Below, piece by piece: positions 1 through 13,400 of a DNA stretch of 64,000 bases. A program made the translations under genes and the position numbers. Numbering within the stretch: the first letter of the stretch is position 1; each line of letters opens with the position of its first letter. The notes under the pieces are model-generated. The model worked only from the letters and a program-made list of their open reading frames with translations. It did not search any database and was not told where the DNA came from. Source of the DNA: Mantamonas sphyraenae STR306 (taxonomy: Eukaryota > Protista > CRuMs); NCBI GenBank assembly GCA_026936335.1, contig JAPMXV010000003.1, forward strand, positions 310,001-374,000, written 5' to 3'.

Positions 1-495
1 CACTCTGCGTGTCCACCAGGCACTGTGCCCACCCACACACACGCATCCACACCCACCCATGGTTGGGTGGCTGTGTGGGCTGCTTGTACACCCACCTTGG
101 TCGTCGTCGTAGCTGGAGAAGACGTGCAAGTCCTTGCTGTGGTCCACATCCTGGTCCAACTGTGTGTCGTGCACAAGAAACTCGTGCTTGCCTCCTGCCG
201 TCTGTGGTTGTTGCCCATCGTCCCCCGACGATGGTGGACTTCCTGATTGCGAGCGTCCCAACGTCTGCACCGTGTCCGACAGAAAGGCATCGACCCCGTC
301 CGACGCACGGCGCACCCCTTGCTCTTCATTGAACTGCGCTAGGTTCGCTCGCGTGGTTGCCGTCGTGTTGCTGGTCGTCGTGTTGGTCCCCTGCTGCTGC
401 TCCTCCAGTGGCACAGGGAATGTGTTCTGCACCCAGTTTGGCGATGTGCCCAGTTTCAATGACTTGTGCAGTGACTCTTCCCTCTCTTCACTCAT
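1..495 (-). CDS. 5' part of a hypothetical protein gene running off the window start (exon 495-96, intron 95-23)
   Basis: ATG at 495 opens a frame MSEEREESLHKSLKLGTSPNW...SSYDDDQG ending at a GTGGGT donor, with a CACAG acceptor at 24-23. No homology recognised. Confidence 0.5.
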   Translation of the reverse strand, partial: MSEEREESLHKSLKLGTSPNWVQNTFPVPLEEQQQGTNTTTSNTTATTRANLAQFNEEQGVRRASDGVDAFLSDTVQTLGRSQSGSPPSSGDDGQQPQTAGGKHEFLVHDTQLDQDVDHSKDLHVFSSYDDDQGGCTSSPHSHPTMGGCGCVCVGGHSAWWTRRV

Positions 496-545
496 CGGCT
501 TGAGCGGCCCGGCGCTGCGCCGCTCGATCCAGCTCGCACCCACAC

Positions 546-1814
546 ATGGCTGCATCCATCCCTGACCACTGTGCCATCTCCCGTCACTTCTGGTCCAGTG
601 TCCCTCGCGACCATCCCGTGTTTTCCCAATGGCGCATCCATGCCACCTTGGCCGCCCTGGACGACTTGGCCCAGCACGATGACGGTGATGACAACCAGCA
701 GGACGCCCAGGGCCACTCCGACCCACACACACCCGCTGTGCTTGCATGCATGCGCCACCCCTCTGCACGCCTCTTCTGGAAGGAACACTTTGGATCGTCT
801 GTTCTGCGTGTACGCAGCTACGCCCTCCTGGCCGCCGTGGAAAGCGAATACGGCGCTCAGCCTCGCGAACAACTCGATCTCCTGCGTTGTATCCTCACCC
901 TGGATGCATGTGACACGGTGGATGACACGCAAGAGTCACAGCGGGAGGATGAGGACGATGTACAGGGGGCTGCATGGGTCCATGCCGTCGATTTTGCCGC
1001 ATGGACACACACCCTCGGGGTTCTCGGCGCCCTCACACGTCTCCACAGAGAGTTGGACCCGGAACTGCGCGCCATCGACGATGCGCGTGTTCAGTCGTCT
1101 TCCAATGGAGATGACAGCGCAGACGAGTCATCAGCCAACGAGTCGCTGGCTGCAAAGATCTTGCGCGGCGACATCTCCGACCAGGAGCTGGATGCGATGA
1201 CCAGCCGAATGGCAGGCGCTTCCGAACACGACACGGCCTCCTCCTCCTCACCTGAGCAAGAGGAGGATGCGGTGGACACCATGGTGCAAGTCGTCCAGCT
1301 GCTGGGTTCGCTGTCGATGCACACCCACATGGCATCCATCCTCGACGCCGGTCTGGATTCCCTCGCTGCCCTATCCGCTTCCACAGACCAAGAACTTCTC
1401 AAGCTGGGCCTCTCCTACGACGAGCTCCGTGCCCTACGCCATGCGCTGAGCGATGACCAAACGGAACCGTCCCACGCAGACTCCCGCTCGGAGGAGAAGG
1501 GAAAGGACACCGAGTCCGCATCTGTGTCGACAGCATCCAATGTGGTCAAGTGTGTGTTGGACGACGCCACACTGATCAAATGCGACGTTGCCGCACACAC
1601 GTCGCTCCAACACCTCCAAGCGCACTTGATGAAGCAATGGCAGCTGCTGCTGGGAGAGGCGAACGAGCTGCACCAGGATCCGCTGGCATACACGTGGTCC
1701 TATCTGGACGAAGACCAAGACCGGGTGTTTCTGACCCCAGACACGCCGTGGGCAGACTTTGTAGCCAGTGCGCGCAGGGTGCTGGTTCACACAAAGCAAG
1801 GAGGAGGAGGATGA
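546..1814 (+). CDS. Hypothetical protein with C-terminal PB1 domain and a possible SAM-like helical segment
   Basis: 422-aa ORF. The C-terminus VVKCVLDD...YTWSYLDEDQDRVFL resembles the PB1 conserved Lys plus acidic OPCA motif (YxDEDxDxV). Confidence 0.7.
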   Translation: MAASIPDHCAISRHFWSSVPRDHPVFSQWRIHATLAALDDLAQHDDGDDNQQDAQGHSDPHTPAVLACMRHPSARLFWKEHFGSSVLRVRSYALLAAVESEYGAQPREQLDLLRCILTLDACDTVDDTQESQREDEDDVQGAAWVHAVDFAAWTHTLGVLGALTRLHRELDPELRAIDDARVQSSSNGDDSADESSANESLAAKILRGDISDQELDAMTSRMAGASEHDTASSSSPEQEEDAVDTMVQVVQLLGSLSMHTHMASILDAGLDSLAALSASTDQELLKLGLSYDELRALRHALSDDQTEPSHADSRSEEKGKDTESASVSTASNVVKCVLDDATLIKCDVAAHTSLQHLQAHLMKQWQLLLGEANELHQDPLAYTWSYLDEDQDRVFLTPDTPWADFVASARRVLVHTKQGGGG

Positions 1815-1842
1815 TGGGCTGCATCTTCACAGGCACTTCACT

Positions 1843-4800
1843 TCATTCGACAATGACGGCGAGGACGGGCACTTCAAACACCTCGCCCTCGGTGGTAATC
1901 TGGACCACCTCATCCACCTCTTGGCCGACCATGGCCTTGTCGGTGCAGCGCACACTGACACGCACCTGCAACGCCACGCCCGGGAAAGCAGGCTGTGGTT
2001 TGTATGCCACCTGCACATGGTCGCCCAGCGACTTGACGACAAAGCGCATCTGGCGCAGACCCACGTTCTTCAGCTGTAGTGTGCGGCTCACCTTTTGCCC
2101 CACTGCCACCTCGCCCATGTCCAACGCCTCGGGGAACACACGCATCTTGTCCACACTCTGTTGGACCTCCGGACGCCCTGCAAACGAGGAAATCTTCATC
2201 GTGCGCCGTGCCTCAGCCTCCGTGGACAGGTACTTGCTGTTGGGTCGCGACGGCGCTCCGGGCGCATATGCCTTTTTGGACAGCGTCACCGCCTGTCGCT
2301 TGCCATGTCGCTGTGTGCCATACACGTTGACGTGAGCAGCACGCACCCTGTTGCTGCGCTGGCCATGCGAATGCAAACGATCTGTCGTAGCAAACCCTTG
2401 CCACGCATCCTCCTCATCTTCTTCCCCTTGCTCCCCTGCTCCATCGTACGCCATTCCATCCCAGTCTGCCTCCTCGTCGTCGTACTCCTCCTCGTGCTGC
2501 TGTGACGGCGCTTCACGCTCGCCGGTGTCCACCGAGGTGCGTCGTTTCCATCGCCGCTGCACTTGCTCGGGCACCTCTGCCCTACCCTCCTTCAGACGGG
2601 TGATGTTCAGTTCTTGCGACGCCCCCAGGGCCAGGCCGCTGTTGTTGGGTGCGTAGTAGCGGTAGCGAAGCGCCAGACGCTTGTCGTCGTCGTCCACGTC
2701 GCCGTCGCCATCCAGGTCACCCACCCCGTTGCGTGCCACCTCTTCACCCAGCTCCTGTGCCAGCAGAAAGTCCAGGCCGGGTGCTGTGTCAAAGTAGTTG
2801 GCATGTGCCGCTGGTGCAAGGTGTCGCTCCCTGGATTTCGGTCGCGTGTGTGCTGCAATGCCCTCGTACCCTCCCTCGTTGGCCATCATGCCGTACACTC
2901 CTGCCTCGTCCTCGTCCTCCTCGTCGCTAAACGTCTGTCCAAGCTTAATTTTCGGTGTCGGCGGACGCACAAACGACGACGACGACCCGCGCCGTTCGCT
3001 GCCTCCCACGCTAAATTGCACACTGTGTTGTGACTCGCTCGACGCCACACGTTTCATCCGCCTGCGTCGTGCACCTGTGTTGGCATAAAACACGTCCAGC
3101 AGATCTTGGTCGCTCCCTGTGCGTGTACAAAAGTGGACAAAAAGAACAGCGTTGGGAGTCAGTATGCATGTTTCACTCCCGGTGTGTGTGTGTGTGTGTG
3201 TGTGTGCCATCACACACACGCGCCACCAACCCGTCACCATCATCACCACACTCGCTGCATACTTTGAATCATGGCCTGCACCTGTCGCTCGGCCTCTTTC
3301 TCCTCTTCGCTGCGCGTGTCCTCCACCTCCAGGTCGTCGGCATACTCCTCCCGCTCCGCCTTCCACTCCTCGTACTTGCCCAATGCCGTCAACAGGGCGT
3401 TGCGCTGAGCCTCGCTCAGTCGCTGCGACTTGATCAACTGCCTGCAGATCAGCGTGCGCGTGTTGAGACGCAACGCTGCGTCGCTGTCTCCACTCATGGC
3501 CGACGATGACGCAAACGACGAACGACGGCGACGCACCAGCGACGACGACGACGACGACGACAGTGCCAGTTGGCCACGAGCGGACGTCGTCGACTCGATT
3601 ACGGATCCAGCTCCACCGTCAGCTCCACCACGGCGTCGTTTGGCCTCGTAGCCAGGCACACTGGTCATGTATGTGACCACAGTGGGCACACGCACGCTGC
3701 CACCTTGTTGCTGCTGCTGCTGCTGATCACCGCCATCGCCGCCACCGTGCATGTCCCCGCCATCCACAGCACCCGCGGCAAAGCTGACCCCGTGCGATCC
3801 GTCTCCCTGCAGCAGCTCTGTGGCCACCACAGTGTTGGCATCCGCCTGCATCATGCTCTCGTACAACTCGATGTCTTCGGGACGATGCAGGGCACGGCCG
3901 TGCACGCCTCCGCCGCCTCCACGCACTTCTCCGGTGGGCAACACAAACAGCAGAGCCCCATGCGACGTCTGCACACTTGTCTCGCGCAGCGGTTCCAGGT
4001 TGAGGTCGTCCTCGTCCAGAAACGAGGCCGACTCGGGATCCTCATCGTCCGAGGCAAGCGCCTGTTCAAGAGCAAGCTCCTCTGCCAGTCCTGTGCGCAG
4101 GGCACCGTCCCGGTCGACAGCAAACAACATGCCATCGGGATCAACCGTGCTGACGCCGCCCGTGCGCACGTCGAGTTCGTAGGAGCCAAAGGCGTCTGCG
4201 GGAATGCGAGAACGACGGCCGACCTGCGCACGCACTTCTGCCTGCACCTCCAGCGATGCCAGGTCATCGAAGCGCACGCGTCCTTCGGCGTCCACCCGCA
4301 TCTGGGCCCCCGAGTGTTGGCGCACAACAATGCCCTCGGTGACATTGACGTCGACCTGGGTGCCTTTGTCCACCTGGGTGGAGCTCACACGGTTGCCCTG
4401 CGCATCCACGTCGATTTCCACCTTGCAGAAGCCTGCACACTCGACCACCACCGATCCGTCGTCGCTGCTGACCATGCTTGTACCGTCGGCGTGGTGTACG
4501 GTCACCAACCCCGTTGTGGGATTGCGCACCACGGCCACCATGTCCTCGCGCGTGCACACCTCAATTTCCGTCTGCGGATCCACGGTCGTCACGCTCCCAA
4601 TTGCTTCCATGTCCACGCGTTCGCCGTCCGCCTCCACGCCGTACCGTTCGCCCTCTGCGTTCGTGCACACCCATCGTCCGCGTGCGTCCTCCATCACCGT
4701 GTTGCCGTTGGCAAACAGCATCTGTCGCGAGCCGTCGCGCAGACGGCGTACCACCGTGCCGCCGCCAACCACCATGCGCCATTCCTCCTCCTGGGCTGCA

Positions 4801-7800
4801 CCCGCGGGCACCCTGCGCCGTTGCTTCAGCGAACGGAACGTGCTTGCTCCGTGGCCACCCTTTACCTGGTTGTGCTCCGCATACAACATCTGCACACTGC
4901 CGTCCACACGGTGCACGCACGCCAACCCGTTGCGTCCAGACGTCACCACCACGGGCGTCTTTGTTTCCCGCTCCCACTCTACCGAACTCACCACACCGTC
5001 GCCAAAGCTAACAGTGCTTGTGCATCGCGACACCACCGAGCGTGCCACCGTCACTGTGCGCCCCTGTGCTGTGGACGATGCGGCGGCGGCGTCGCTGTTG
5101 GAAGCAGAAGCTGCTGCTCCTCCTCCTGCCCCATCCTCTGCCTCGGACGCTGCGTCGTCGTCGCCTGCCTGGTCGCCGCCTTCTTCATCCTCTTCGTCCT
5201 CCTGCTCGTCCTCATCGCCTTCTTCGTCACGCTGCAATGGCTTCTGGTTGCCACCCACAGTTTCCTCCACTTCGACGGTGCGCTGCAGCGTGTTGACGGT
5301 AAACACAGAGTCGCCGCGCAGCACACGCACATGGGTCGCCTTTTCGCCGGCCTCCTTGCCCTGCCGCACACGCACACGCACCACCGCCCCGTCAGAAGGG
5401 TAGATGTTCTGCTCCTCGTATGCCATGGACGCCGAGAGCCGGTCCACGTCGTAGATGGTGCTCTGCTCGGGAAACGGCGTCATCAGAGTGCTTCGTGCAA
5501 GCGCCGCCGCCGCCTCGTCGTCAATTTCTGCGCCCGTGGTTGTACCCACTGCATCACGCACTGTCGACGCTCCTTCTGTGCTCCCTGCCGCACGCGACAC
5601 TGTAGACGTGCTCGACAGCGCGCTCTTGCGCCCATCCGTAGCTGTGTCGTCGTCCAGCGAGTTGCCATGGCCACGGTCGCTCTTGCGTCCGCTGCGTCCG
5701 CGTGCGCCGCCGCGTCGGTGCTTGCTGCTGCTCTCTCGCTCTGCCTCGGCCTTGGCTGCGGCCTCGCGTGCCTCGGCCTCCTGCCGCTGCAGTTGGATGT
5801 AGTGGCGGAAGGACACGCGTGCAGGCACCTGCAATGCGTGGCGTTCTCGCTGGCTGTGCCTCTCCTGCGGCACAGGGTTGCACAACGCCAGCAGCGTCAA
5901 TCCCTCCTCGGCGTACTCGTAGGCCACCGGCAGGGCGTGGCTGTACATGCCCTGGCTCAGGGTCTGTGCCAACACACGCTCGTTCATGCTCTCTTGCACC
6001 GTGTATCCGCTGCAATCCCACTCCTGCGCTCCTGTGTCCGGCGCATGCAGCTCCAGCTGTTCCTCAAACTGAAAGTGCAGCAGCGCCTGCTCCACATCTG
6101 CTTCGCTCAGTCCCGCGGGGCAAAAGTGACGCAGTTCCGTGCGGTTGACACCGTGGGTGACTGCAAACGCATCGCTGCCATTGCCGCCTCCTCGTCGCCC
6201 GCCCGCACGTCGGCCTTCCTCCTCTTCCCCCTCCTCCTCATCATCCTCTTCACCCGCGGACGACGATGACGATCGTTCGCTGCGCCCGCTGCTCTCTGTG
6301 CTCTGCATGCTGCGCAACACGCTGCCGCTGCTGCGTTTGCTCCTGCTCACGCTGCTGCTGTGAGCGATGCCCTTCTTCCCCTCCTCTGCCGCCGCCGCTG
6401 CTGCTTCTGCCTCTGCCGCCGCTGCTGCTTTTGCTGCCGCCGCCTCTGTTGCCGCCGCTGCGTTGCGTACGGTGTCCAGACCTGCCTCCACCAGCCTGGG
6501 CACCACCCCACACACCTCCAGCATGTGCGCTTCGATGTCCTGGATTTCCGCCTCCAGTGCAGCGTTGCCCAGCGGCGTGTCCACCGCTGCCGTGGCAATA
6601 TGGTCGCCGTAGTGCACAATTGTGGGCCCAGCCGCCGCTGCTGCTGCTGCCGCCGCCGCTGCGTCGTCAAACACGCCACCCGCCGCCTCTTGCATTGCCT
6701 TTTGATTGGCACGCGGCGACAGACCCGCGCTGCTCAGCGACGTCATGAACGGGTTGCTCTGCTTGGAAAACGACATGCTCTTGCTGCGCGGTCGTTCCTG
6801 CGACTTGAGACGCACCACATCTGTGCCTTCTGCCACCTTGCTTTCTTTGACCTGCTGGCGCCGCTTGGCCGTGCTCATCAGTCCATCAAAAGCACTGTCG
6901 ATAAAGTCAACCACGCCGTTGGCCTGCTCCTCTTCGTGGGCGTCCACCGCGCCCTGCAGCCCCTCGGCATCAAGCTGTTCCACCTGCTCCAGCATGGCGT
7001 TCATCATCAGTCCGATGCTCACCCGCTCCTCGGGATACCTGTCCAGGGCCTTTTCGTAGTGGCGCGTGTATGCACGGCCGCCGCCCACCTGATACACGTG
7101 CTCCAGCGCACCGGGGAGCATGACCGTGTTTACGCCACGCAGCCACTGCTCATACTCCTGCTTCTTGTTCACGTACGCATACACCTGCTGCACCACGGCT
7201 TCTGCCACCTCTGCCATGTCTCGGAAGCTCTTGCCATACTCGTCGGGGCTGCTGTCGTCCTCGTCTTTCTTTCCCTTCTTGCTGCTGGCACCACTGCTGC
7301 TGCTGCTGCTGCTGCCTTCACCTGAAGACCCACTACGCACTTCGTAGTCCACATCGACAAGGAGGACGTCGTCCAACCAGCTGTACTGGCGAGCCTGCAC
7401 GTTTTCGATAGCCACGGCGAGCGCGCTGCTGTATGTGGCTCGCACCTTGTCCGCAAGCTCTTTGGACACGTGCATCTCTGCCACCTTGGCACTGCTCACC
7501 TCCACATCTTCCCCTCGCTTGCTCTTGCTCTTGCTCTTGCTCTTGCGCGACGTTTTGTTGCCCGAGTGGCTGCTGTCGTGGTTGTCACCTGTGCCAGCAC
7601 TGCTGCTGCCCCCACTGGCCCCACTGCTGCTGCTGTTGCCAGCTGCGACTGCGTCGGCCTCTTCCTTCTTTGCCAGCAATGTTTGGATGTCCTCCACGCT
7701 GGGCACGGCACAAGTCAGGTTGACCACCAAGCCCACTTGCACTCCGTGCGCGTGCAGCTCCTGCAGCTCCTCCAAGTTTGATGGGAAGCCCGTGAGTGCA

Positions 7801-8811
7801 AAGTACATGTCTGGTGCATCCTCCCCCTGGGGTCCATCGTCTGTGTGGTGTGTGCAGGGCGACAGGTTCGGTGTCAGGATCTTTGCGCGCACAAGTGACC
7901 GTTGCCCACGGCTCGTTTGTCACCCGCAGCTCGCTGCATGGCAAAGACGGGATGCGAGACGCATTGGTGTCGTTGCTTGGGGTCGTACTCCGTCCAATGA
8001 CACACTGTATGGTGTGGATGCATGTCCATGGCACGCGCTACGACGGCACGAAACGCCGTTTGCTCGAAATCCCCCTCGCTCTCGTTTCTCGGCACTCACC
8101 TAGCCGCAGCGTCGAGACGACTTCGGTCTTGTCCTTCTTGTCTCGCTTCTTCTTCTTCTTTTCCTTGGGTGTGGAGGCGCCAGAGGCGGTGGATGTGGAT
8201 GTGTTGAGCAGGGTGTTGGATTTGCCCTTGCGGACGATGCTGCCGGCCGTTGCCAGCAGGTTCCCTTCGTTGTCCTCCGCCCCATCCTCGCCTCCCTCGT
8301 CACCGTTCGACCGTGCGCTCTCGGGCGCATACTTGTAAGCCATGCATTCCTGGCGGGCCTGCTCCACCGCCTGCTGGAACAGCTGCGCCATCAGCGGCGC
8401 CGAAACGTGTGCCAGCGCCTTGTCCACCACGCTGGACAGCAATTTGCTCTCGCGCTCCGCCTTGCTTCCGCTGCCTGTGGCGCCACTGCCGCTGCTCTTG
8501 CCTCCGCGTGGCGAACGTTTGCTGCCCGAGCTGCCGCTGCCGTGTGTGTCGTCGAGCAGCGGTGCCAGGATGGCGTTGGGGACGGCGGACACCACCGCCG
8601 CCTCCACCGTCTCGTGAAACTCGGGCTTGGCGCCGTTCAGCAGAGCCTGGCCAAGCAGCTTCTTGTGGTCCAGCACATGGAACTTGTGTCTGCCTGACCC
8701 TTCGATGGCCTCCTGTAGAGCATGCTGGTCCACCACCTCGCCACCCTCCACCAGGTAGAACACGGGATTGAAGCGCTGTTCGTCCAGCGGCGTCGTCGCT
8801 GCCTCCTCCAT
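1843..8811 (-). CDS. SPAG17: Sperm-associated antigen 17 / PF6 central-pair protein (exons 8811-8100, 7840-3263, 3116-1843)
   Basis: Three ORF blocks join in frame across GT-AG introns. SPAG17-like motifs: DDGPQG..YFALTGF, TTVDPQT..TREDMVAVV..HHADGT, LICRQLI..DTRSEEEK, and a C-terminal PapD/ASH-like Ig domain. Confidence 0.85.
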
Positions 8812-8878
8812 ACGTGGTTTCGATTGCTCAGCGTGCGCTCGTGCAGCCAACCAACACACAACCCATTCGTCGATCCTC

Positions 8879-10401
8879 ATGGCTGCTGCGGACAAGTCCT
8901 CTTCCCAGCCTGGCATCACGCTCACCTCGCTGTACCTCTTTGTGTACAACATGGCGCAGGCCGCAGGCTGGTTCTACGCCGCCTACCTTGCCGCCCTTCA
9001 TTTCCAAGCCCAGGGCGTCACCCTCGACACATTTGCCTCTGCTGCACCTGTGGTGGCCCCTCTTGTCCACAACCTGTGCCTGTTTAGCCTGGTTGAGATC
9101 CTCCACAACCTGCTTGGCCTCGTGCGTAGCGGCCTTGGCCCTCTTGTCGGCCAGACCCTCGCCCGCTGCTTCATGAGCCTCATTGCTCTGCAGTACGCCG
9201 ACGCTGTACGTGTTGCCATCCCGTGCCCCACCGATCCACTGATGTGCGATGAGACGTTGCTTCCCTTGTCTGCACATGTATGCATGCATGCACGGGTGTG
9301 GTGAACGTGTGCGTCCGCCAAAAGGCCACAGCATGCGCTCCCACACCACACACACAGTTCTTAAGGCCCCCTTTTGCGGACGACACAGTGTCCCTTGCAG
9401 GCGAGGACTGCGTCGACGCCCACACACATACACTGGCACCCATGCGCGCACTTTTGTGTGTGTGTGTGTGTGCCTGTGTACGTGTCGTGTGTTTGTCCAG
9501 TCGTTCGCCTGCTCGCTTTCGGCCTGTACGGTCCAGCATTGCCCCACAAAAGGCGTCGAGTCATTGCTGTGTAAGAGAACCCCTATGCTGTCCTTTTTGG
9601 CCAGTGGGTGGACCCCTATGGTGCTGTACATCGCCCTCGACTCTTAATTGTCCCGTGTCGGGTGTGCGATTGCCTGTCTGCCCAGTACGCCCCAATTGCC
9701 TTTGCACTGCGCGTGGAGTTGGTAACCCGGCCTCTGTGTCCTCTGTGACGCATCTGTGCTGTCGTCCATCGCCCCGTGGTGGCCTGTCCTGGCTGTGTCG
9801 ACGTATTCTGCCGCCTCCTCCGTCCTGGAGCTGTGTGTGCAGAGGGCGCCGTTTTGGTGCCTTGTCGGCCAGCCGGTGTCTAGGTTTGGCGGTCCAACAT
9901 TTATCTCCAGCCCACCCTTCGCCCCCACCCCCGCCACCACCCCCTCCCATTCTTGCTGACAGCTGACTCTTCTTGTGTCACCAAAAGACATACACGCTGA
10001 CGACGGTGCCGACGGTGAGCATCTTCCTCTCCGCCTGGATCCTCAGCGAACTCAACCGCTTCCCGACATATGCGCTCAAGAGCATCAACGCATGCCCTTG
10101 GATCCTGACCTACCTTCGTTATACCTTGTTTATTGTCCTCTACCCGCTGGGAGCTGCCGCAGAGGTGGCCTCCATTTTCATCAGCCTGCCCGTCCAGCTG
10201 CAGAAGCCGTTCCTGCCAGAGTACCAATTTTACGTGGTCAGCCACGTCATGATTGCACTCATCATCCCAGGCTTTTTCTACAACTACCTGTTCATGTGGA
10301 GGCAGCGCAACAAGTTCTTGAACCCCAAGGACGACGCCGCCACGCCCAAGCGCACGCGACCGGGCAAGAAGGAGGACAAAGAGACAAAGAAGGGAAAATA
10401 G
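8879..10401 (+). CDS. HACD: Very-long-chain 3-hydroxyacyl-CoA dehydratase, PTPLA/PHS1/PAS2 family (exons 8879-9205, 9988-10401)
   Basis: YLFVYN..AGW, EILHNLLGLVRS, W.LSE..R, catalytic region LRYTLFIVLYPLGAAAE, C-terminal KK ER motif; phase-0 782-bp intron. Confidence 0.9.
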
Positions 10402-10419
10402 AAACCGGGTGGGCTTGCA

Positions 10420-13400
10420 TTAACCGCTGGTCACTTCATCCATGACTTGCACGGCTTTTTCCAAGGCAATCTGAACTTTGATGTCTTTTCGGAACGTGGT
10501 CTTTGTGTCGGCGAGGAGGGTGCGACAGCGTTGGTCCAGGAGGGCGGCGCTGCGTTCGTTTTGGGCCAGTTGGACAATGATGTCTGCGATGGACAGCACC
10601 ATGGAGGTCTGTTCCTGAGTGGCGGTGTGCAACAGGACGAGGATCTGACGCAAGGTCTTTTTCGCAATACCCTCGCGTGCGCTGTTGATGTGTGCCAGGT
10701 TGGCCACCAGAGAGCAGGTGTGTTCCAACACTGTGCGTTCCTGGTGGAAGCCGCCGAGGATGCGTTTGCACATGGTGACGGCGTCGTTGTTGAGGATGTC
10801 AAACAGGCATCCTCGCTTGTCACTCATGAGACGCAACAGCAACAGGGCGTCGCCCATCATGCGCCATCGCTTGTGTTCCACCAGCATGTTGATGACACTC
10901 ATCATGGCCTTGACGCCGTTTGCTGCCACCATTTGGCTCACCGCACTGCTCGAGCTCTTGCACTGCAGCAGCATGCGTATGCCATTGTCCACCAGCTTGA
11001 GGTCCGCTTGCATATCTTCGTCTGCCATCACCTCCATGACAATGGCCACCGATCCCATGGAAATCGTGAGTCCCTCCTCCATCGTTGAGTTACGCACAAT
11101 ATCCACCAGCTCCTGCATCCACTCGCCCATTTGTGTCACATCGCCACCACGTCGGATGCTGCGCAACACCGGCGCCGCACGTGTTTTGGCCACCGCACCT
11201 TCCAGCGGCTCTTCGTCGCTGTCGTTCTCCTCGTTCTCGTCGTCTCCATCTTCACCTCCACGCTTCCTTGGATCTGCCGACGAGTAGCGTCGATCGCCCT
11301 GCTGGTCATCACTGTCCTCATCCTCACTTCCCTTTCCTCGTGGCGACAGGGCAATGGTGGTGATGCGTCGGCGCTGCGAGCGGCCTTTGATTTTCTGCGC
11401 TCTGCGCATTGTCTTTACAATGGGTGCGGCCCCGGTGGCCCAATTGCCTGCCGGACCCGATGACTTGCGACGTCTGCCACGCATGGGTTGACCCGATGAG
11501 TCCAAAAAGGCCCCATCCGAGGAGGATTGGTCGCCGCCCGCAAGGTTTTTCTTGCTGTTGCTGTTCCTCAACTGCTTCTTCTTGCTCTTCCGCCGCTTCT
11601 TTTGCAATCCTTCGCCGGTGGATGATGATGACGACGAGGACGACGATGACGTCGATGTCGTGGACGTGGACTTGACCATGCCCCCCTTGGCCTGTTTCTG
11701 TTCCCACCATCGTTCCAAAGCGTTCCCCCCGCTGCTACTGCTGCTGGAGGTTCCATGGGCTCCTGTTGAGGAAGCGAGCGCGGTTGTATCTTGCATCACG
11801 TTGATGACACTGAGGCTGCCTGCCTCGCCGGCTTCCTCCAACTCCTGCATCCTCTTTTTCTCCTCGGCGCCTTCCACCGCCACCTGAGCGGCCATCAGCA
11901 AGTCCTCGCGCGTGTCTGTCTCTGCGTCCACCGGCTTTGGGGTGGTGCTGGTACTTTGATTCTGTGGAGACTTGGTTGTTGCTGCGGCGGTGCCTGCAGT
12001 GAGGGCGGAGCCCACGCTGGCCCTGCGTGACGAAGAGATGGAGGGAGAACGCAGTGGAGAGCGGTGGGGCGACAACGGTGTGGTCAGCGATGAGAGACGA
12101 TTGGCAGTGAGGGGATTGCGCGTGTTGCTGCTTCGCCGCAGCATGTTGAGGGATTGCTGCTCCTGCATCTTTTCCGTCTCCTTCAACTCGACGCCAGCCA
12201 GAGTCTGCTGCAGATACTCGGACATGCGTGCCAGTTGACTGTCAGAGGAGGTGACGACAACGAGGTCGGGGATGGCCATGGCGCCTGTTTTGCGCAACTC
12301 CAAGATCACGGCGTTGCGCAGGGAGTCGTCATCGACGGCCAGAAGCATGGTGAGGGTGGCCAACACAACCTCGTGCAGCTCTTCCGTTTTGGAGATGCGC
12401 AGGAGTCGCAGGAGGGCACCCAGGGCGCCAATGTCCATCAACGGGGCAATGGCGCCTTCGTTGCCCTTGACTGCAGCCCACAGGAGCAGCACCACGGCGT
12501 AGGAAGTGTCGTCGGAACGGCCCAGCAGTTGCAAAAGGCGCTTGCCGTGCAGTTTGACCAGCAAGTTCTTCTGTGGGTTGGTCTCCATGACGTTGTACAC
12601 GGTGGACAGCGTGCGGTTGAGCAGTGCCTCGTTGCTGCTGTACGCCTCGCGCTCCAACAGACGCACAAGAGGCGTCCAGACGCCTCGGTCGCGCATGTCC
12701 TTGCGGTTTTCCTGTACAGAGGCCATGTTGCGGAGGGCCGAGAGGACGCGTACCATGAGCACCTCGTTCTCCACGGCCTGGGGCGACTCGAGGACGCGCA
12801 TGACAAAGTCGAGCGCCCCTGCGTGGACCACCAGGCGACGGTGTGCGCTTTTGCTCGCACGGCTCACATTCATGTACAGAGTGGCCATGTTGACGTCTGT
12901 GACGGAGCCAGCGCCCATGGGTCCGTCGGCGTCGTCTTGGGCCTCCAGAGCATCGAGAAAGAGGAGGCCGACATCGATGAAGCTGCGTGCCTCTTCCAAC
13001 AGCCGTTCACGACCATACTCACTGGCAGAAAACTCGGCCAGGAGACACAGGGTGCGATCGCGGATCACAGGGGATCGTTTGTGGAGCTTGAGGGTGCCCA
13101 CAAGCATGTCGAGGCCAAAGACCTCCAGCAAGCGTGGGTGGCAGCTTTCCTTCTCGGCCAGACGTGCCAGGATGCCCATGGCCGGAGCTTGCATGGCCTG
13201 GTCGGGCAGAAAGGCGGCCATGGCCTGGATGATGGGATCCAACACCGAGGCGACAATCTGGGTGGCGGCGTCGGGACGGGAGCTCATGTGGAAGAGAAAG
13301 AGGAGCATGCGACGCACGAGGCGTTCCTCACCGGCATACTCGTGCATGCAGGCAGAGATGATTTTGACGGCGTGGTGGCGCATCATCTGTTTGGCGCCTC

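Noticed and set aside
8811-8952. Upstream SPAG17 start (MPGWEEDL..., 8916) that would overlap the HACD CDS head-to-head
   Set aside because: Met at 8811 already gives spacing consistent with the SPAG17 N-terminus and avoids the overlap. The longer start is not excluded without TSS data.
9500-9735. SRP RNA helix-8-like string on the minus strand (CGTACAGGCCGAAAGCGAGCAGGCG) in the HACD intron
   Set aside because: The apical stem is one base short, there is no convincing Alu UGUNR motif or helix 6, and the same bases are explained by a + strand hairpin. An Infernal scan would settle it.
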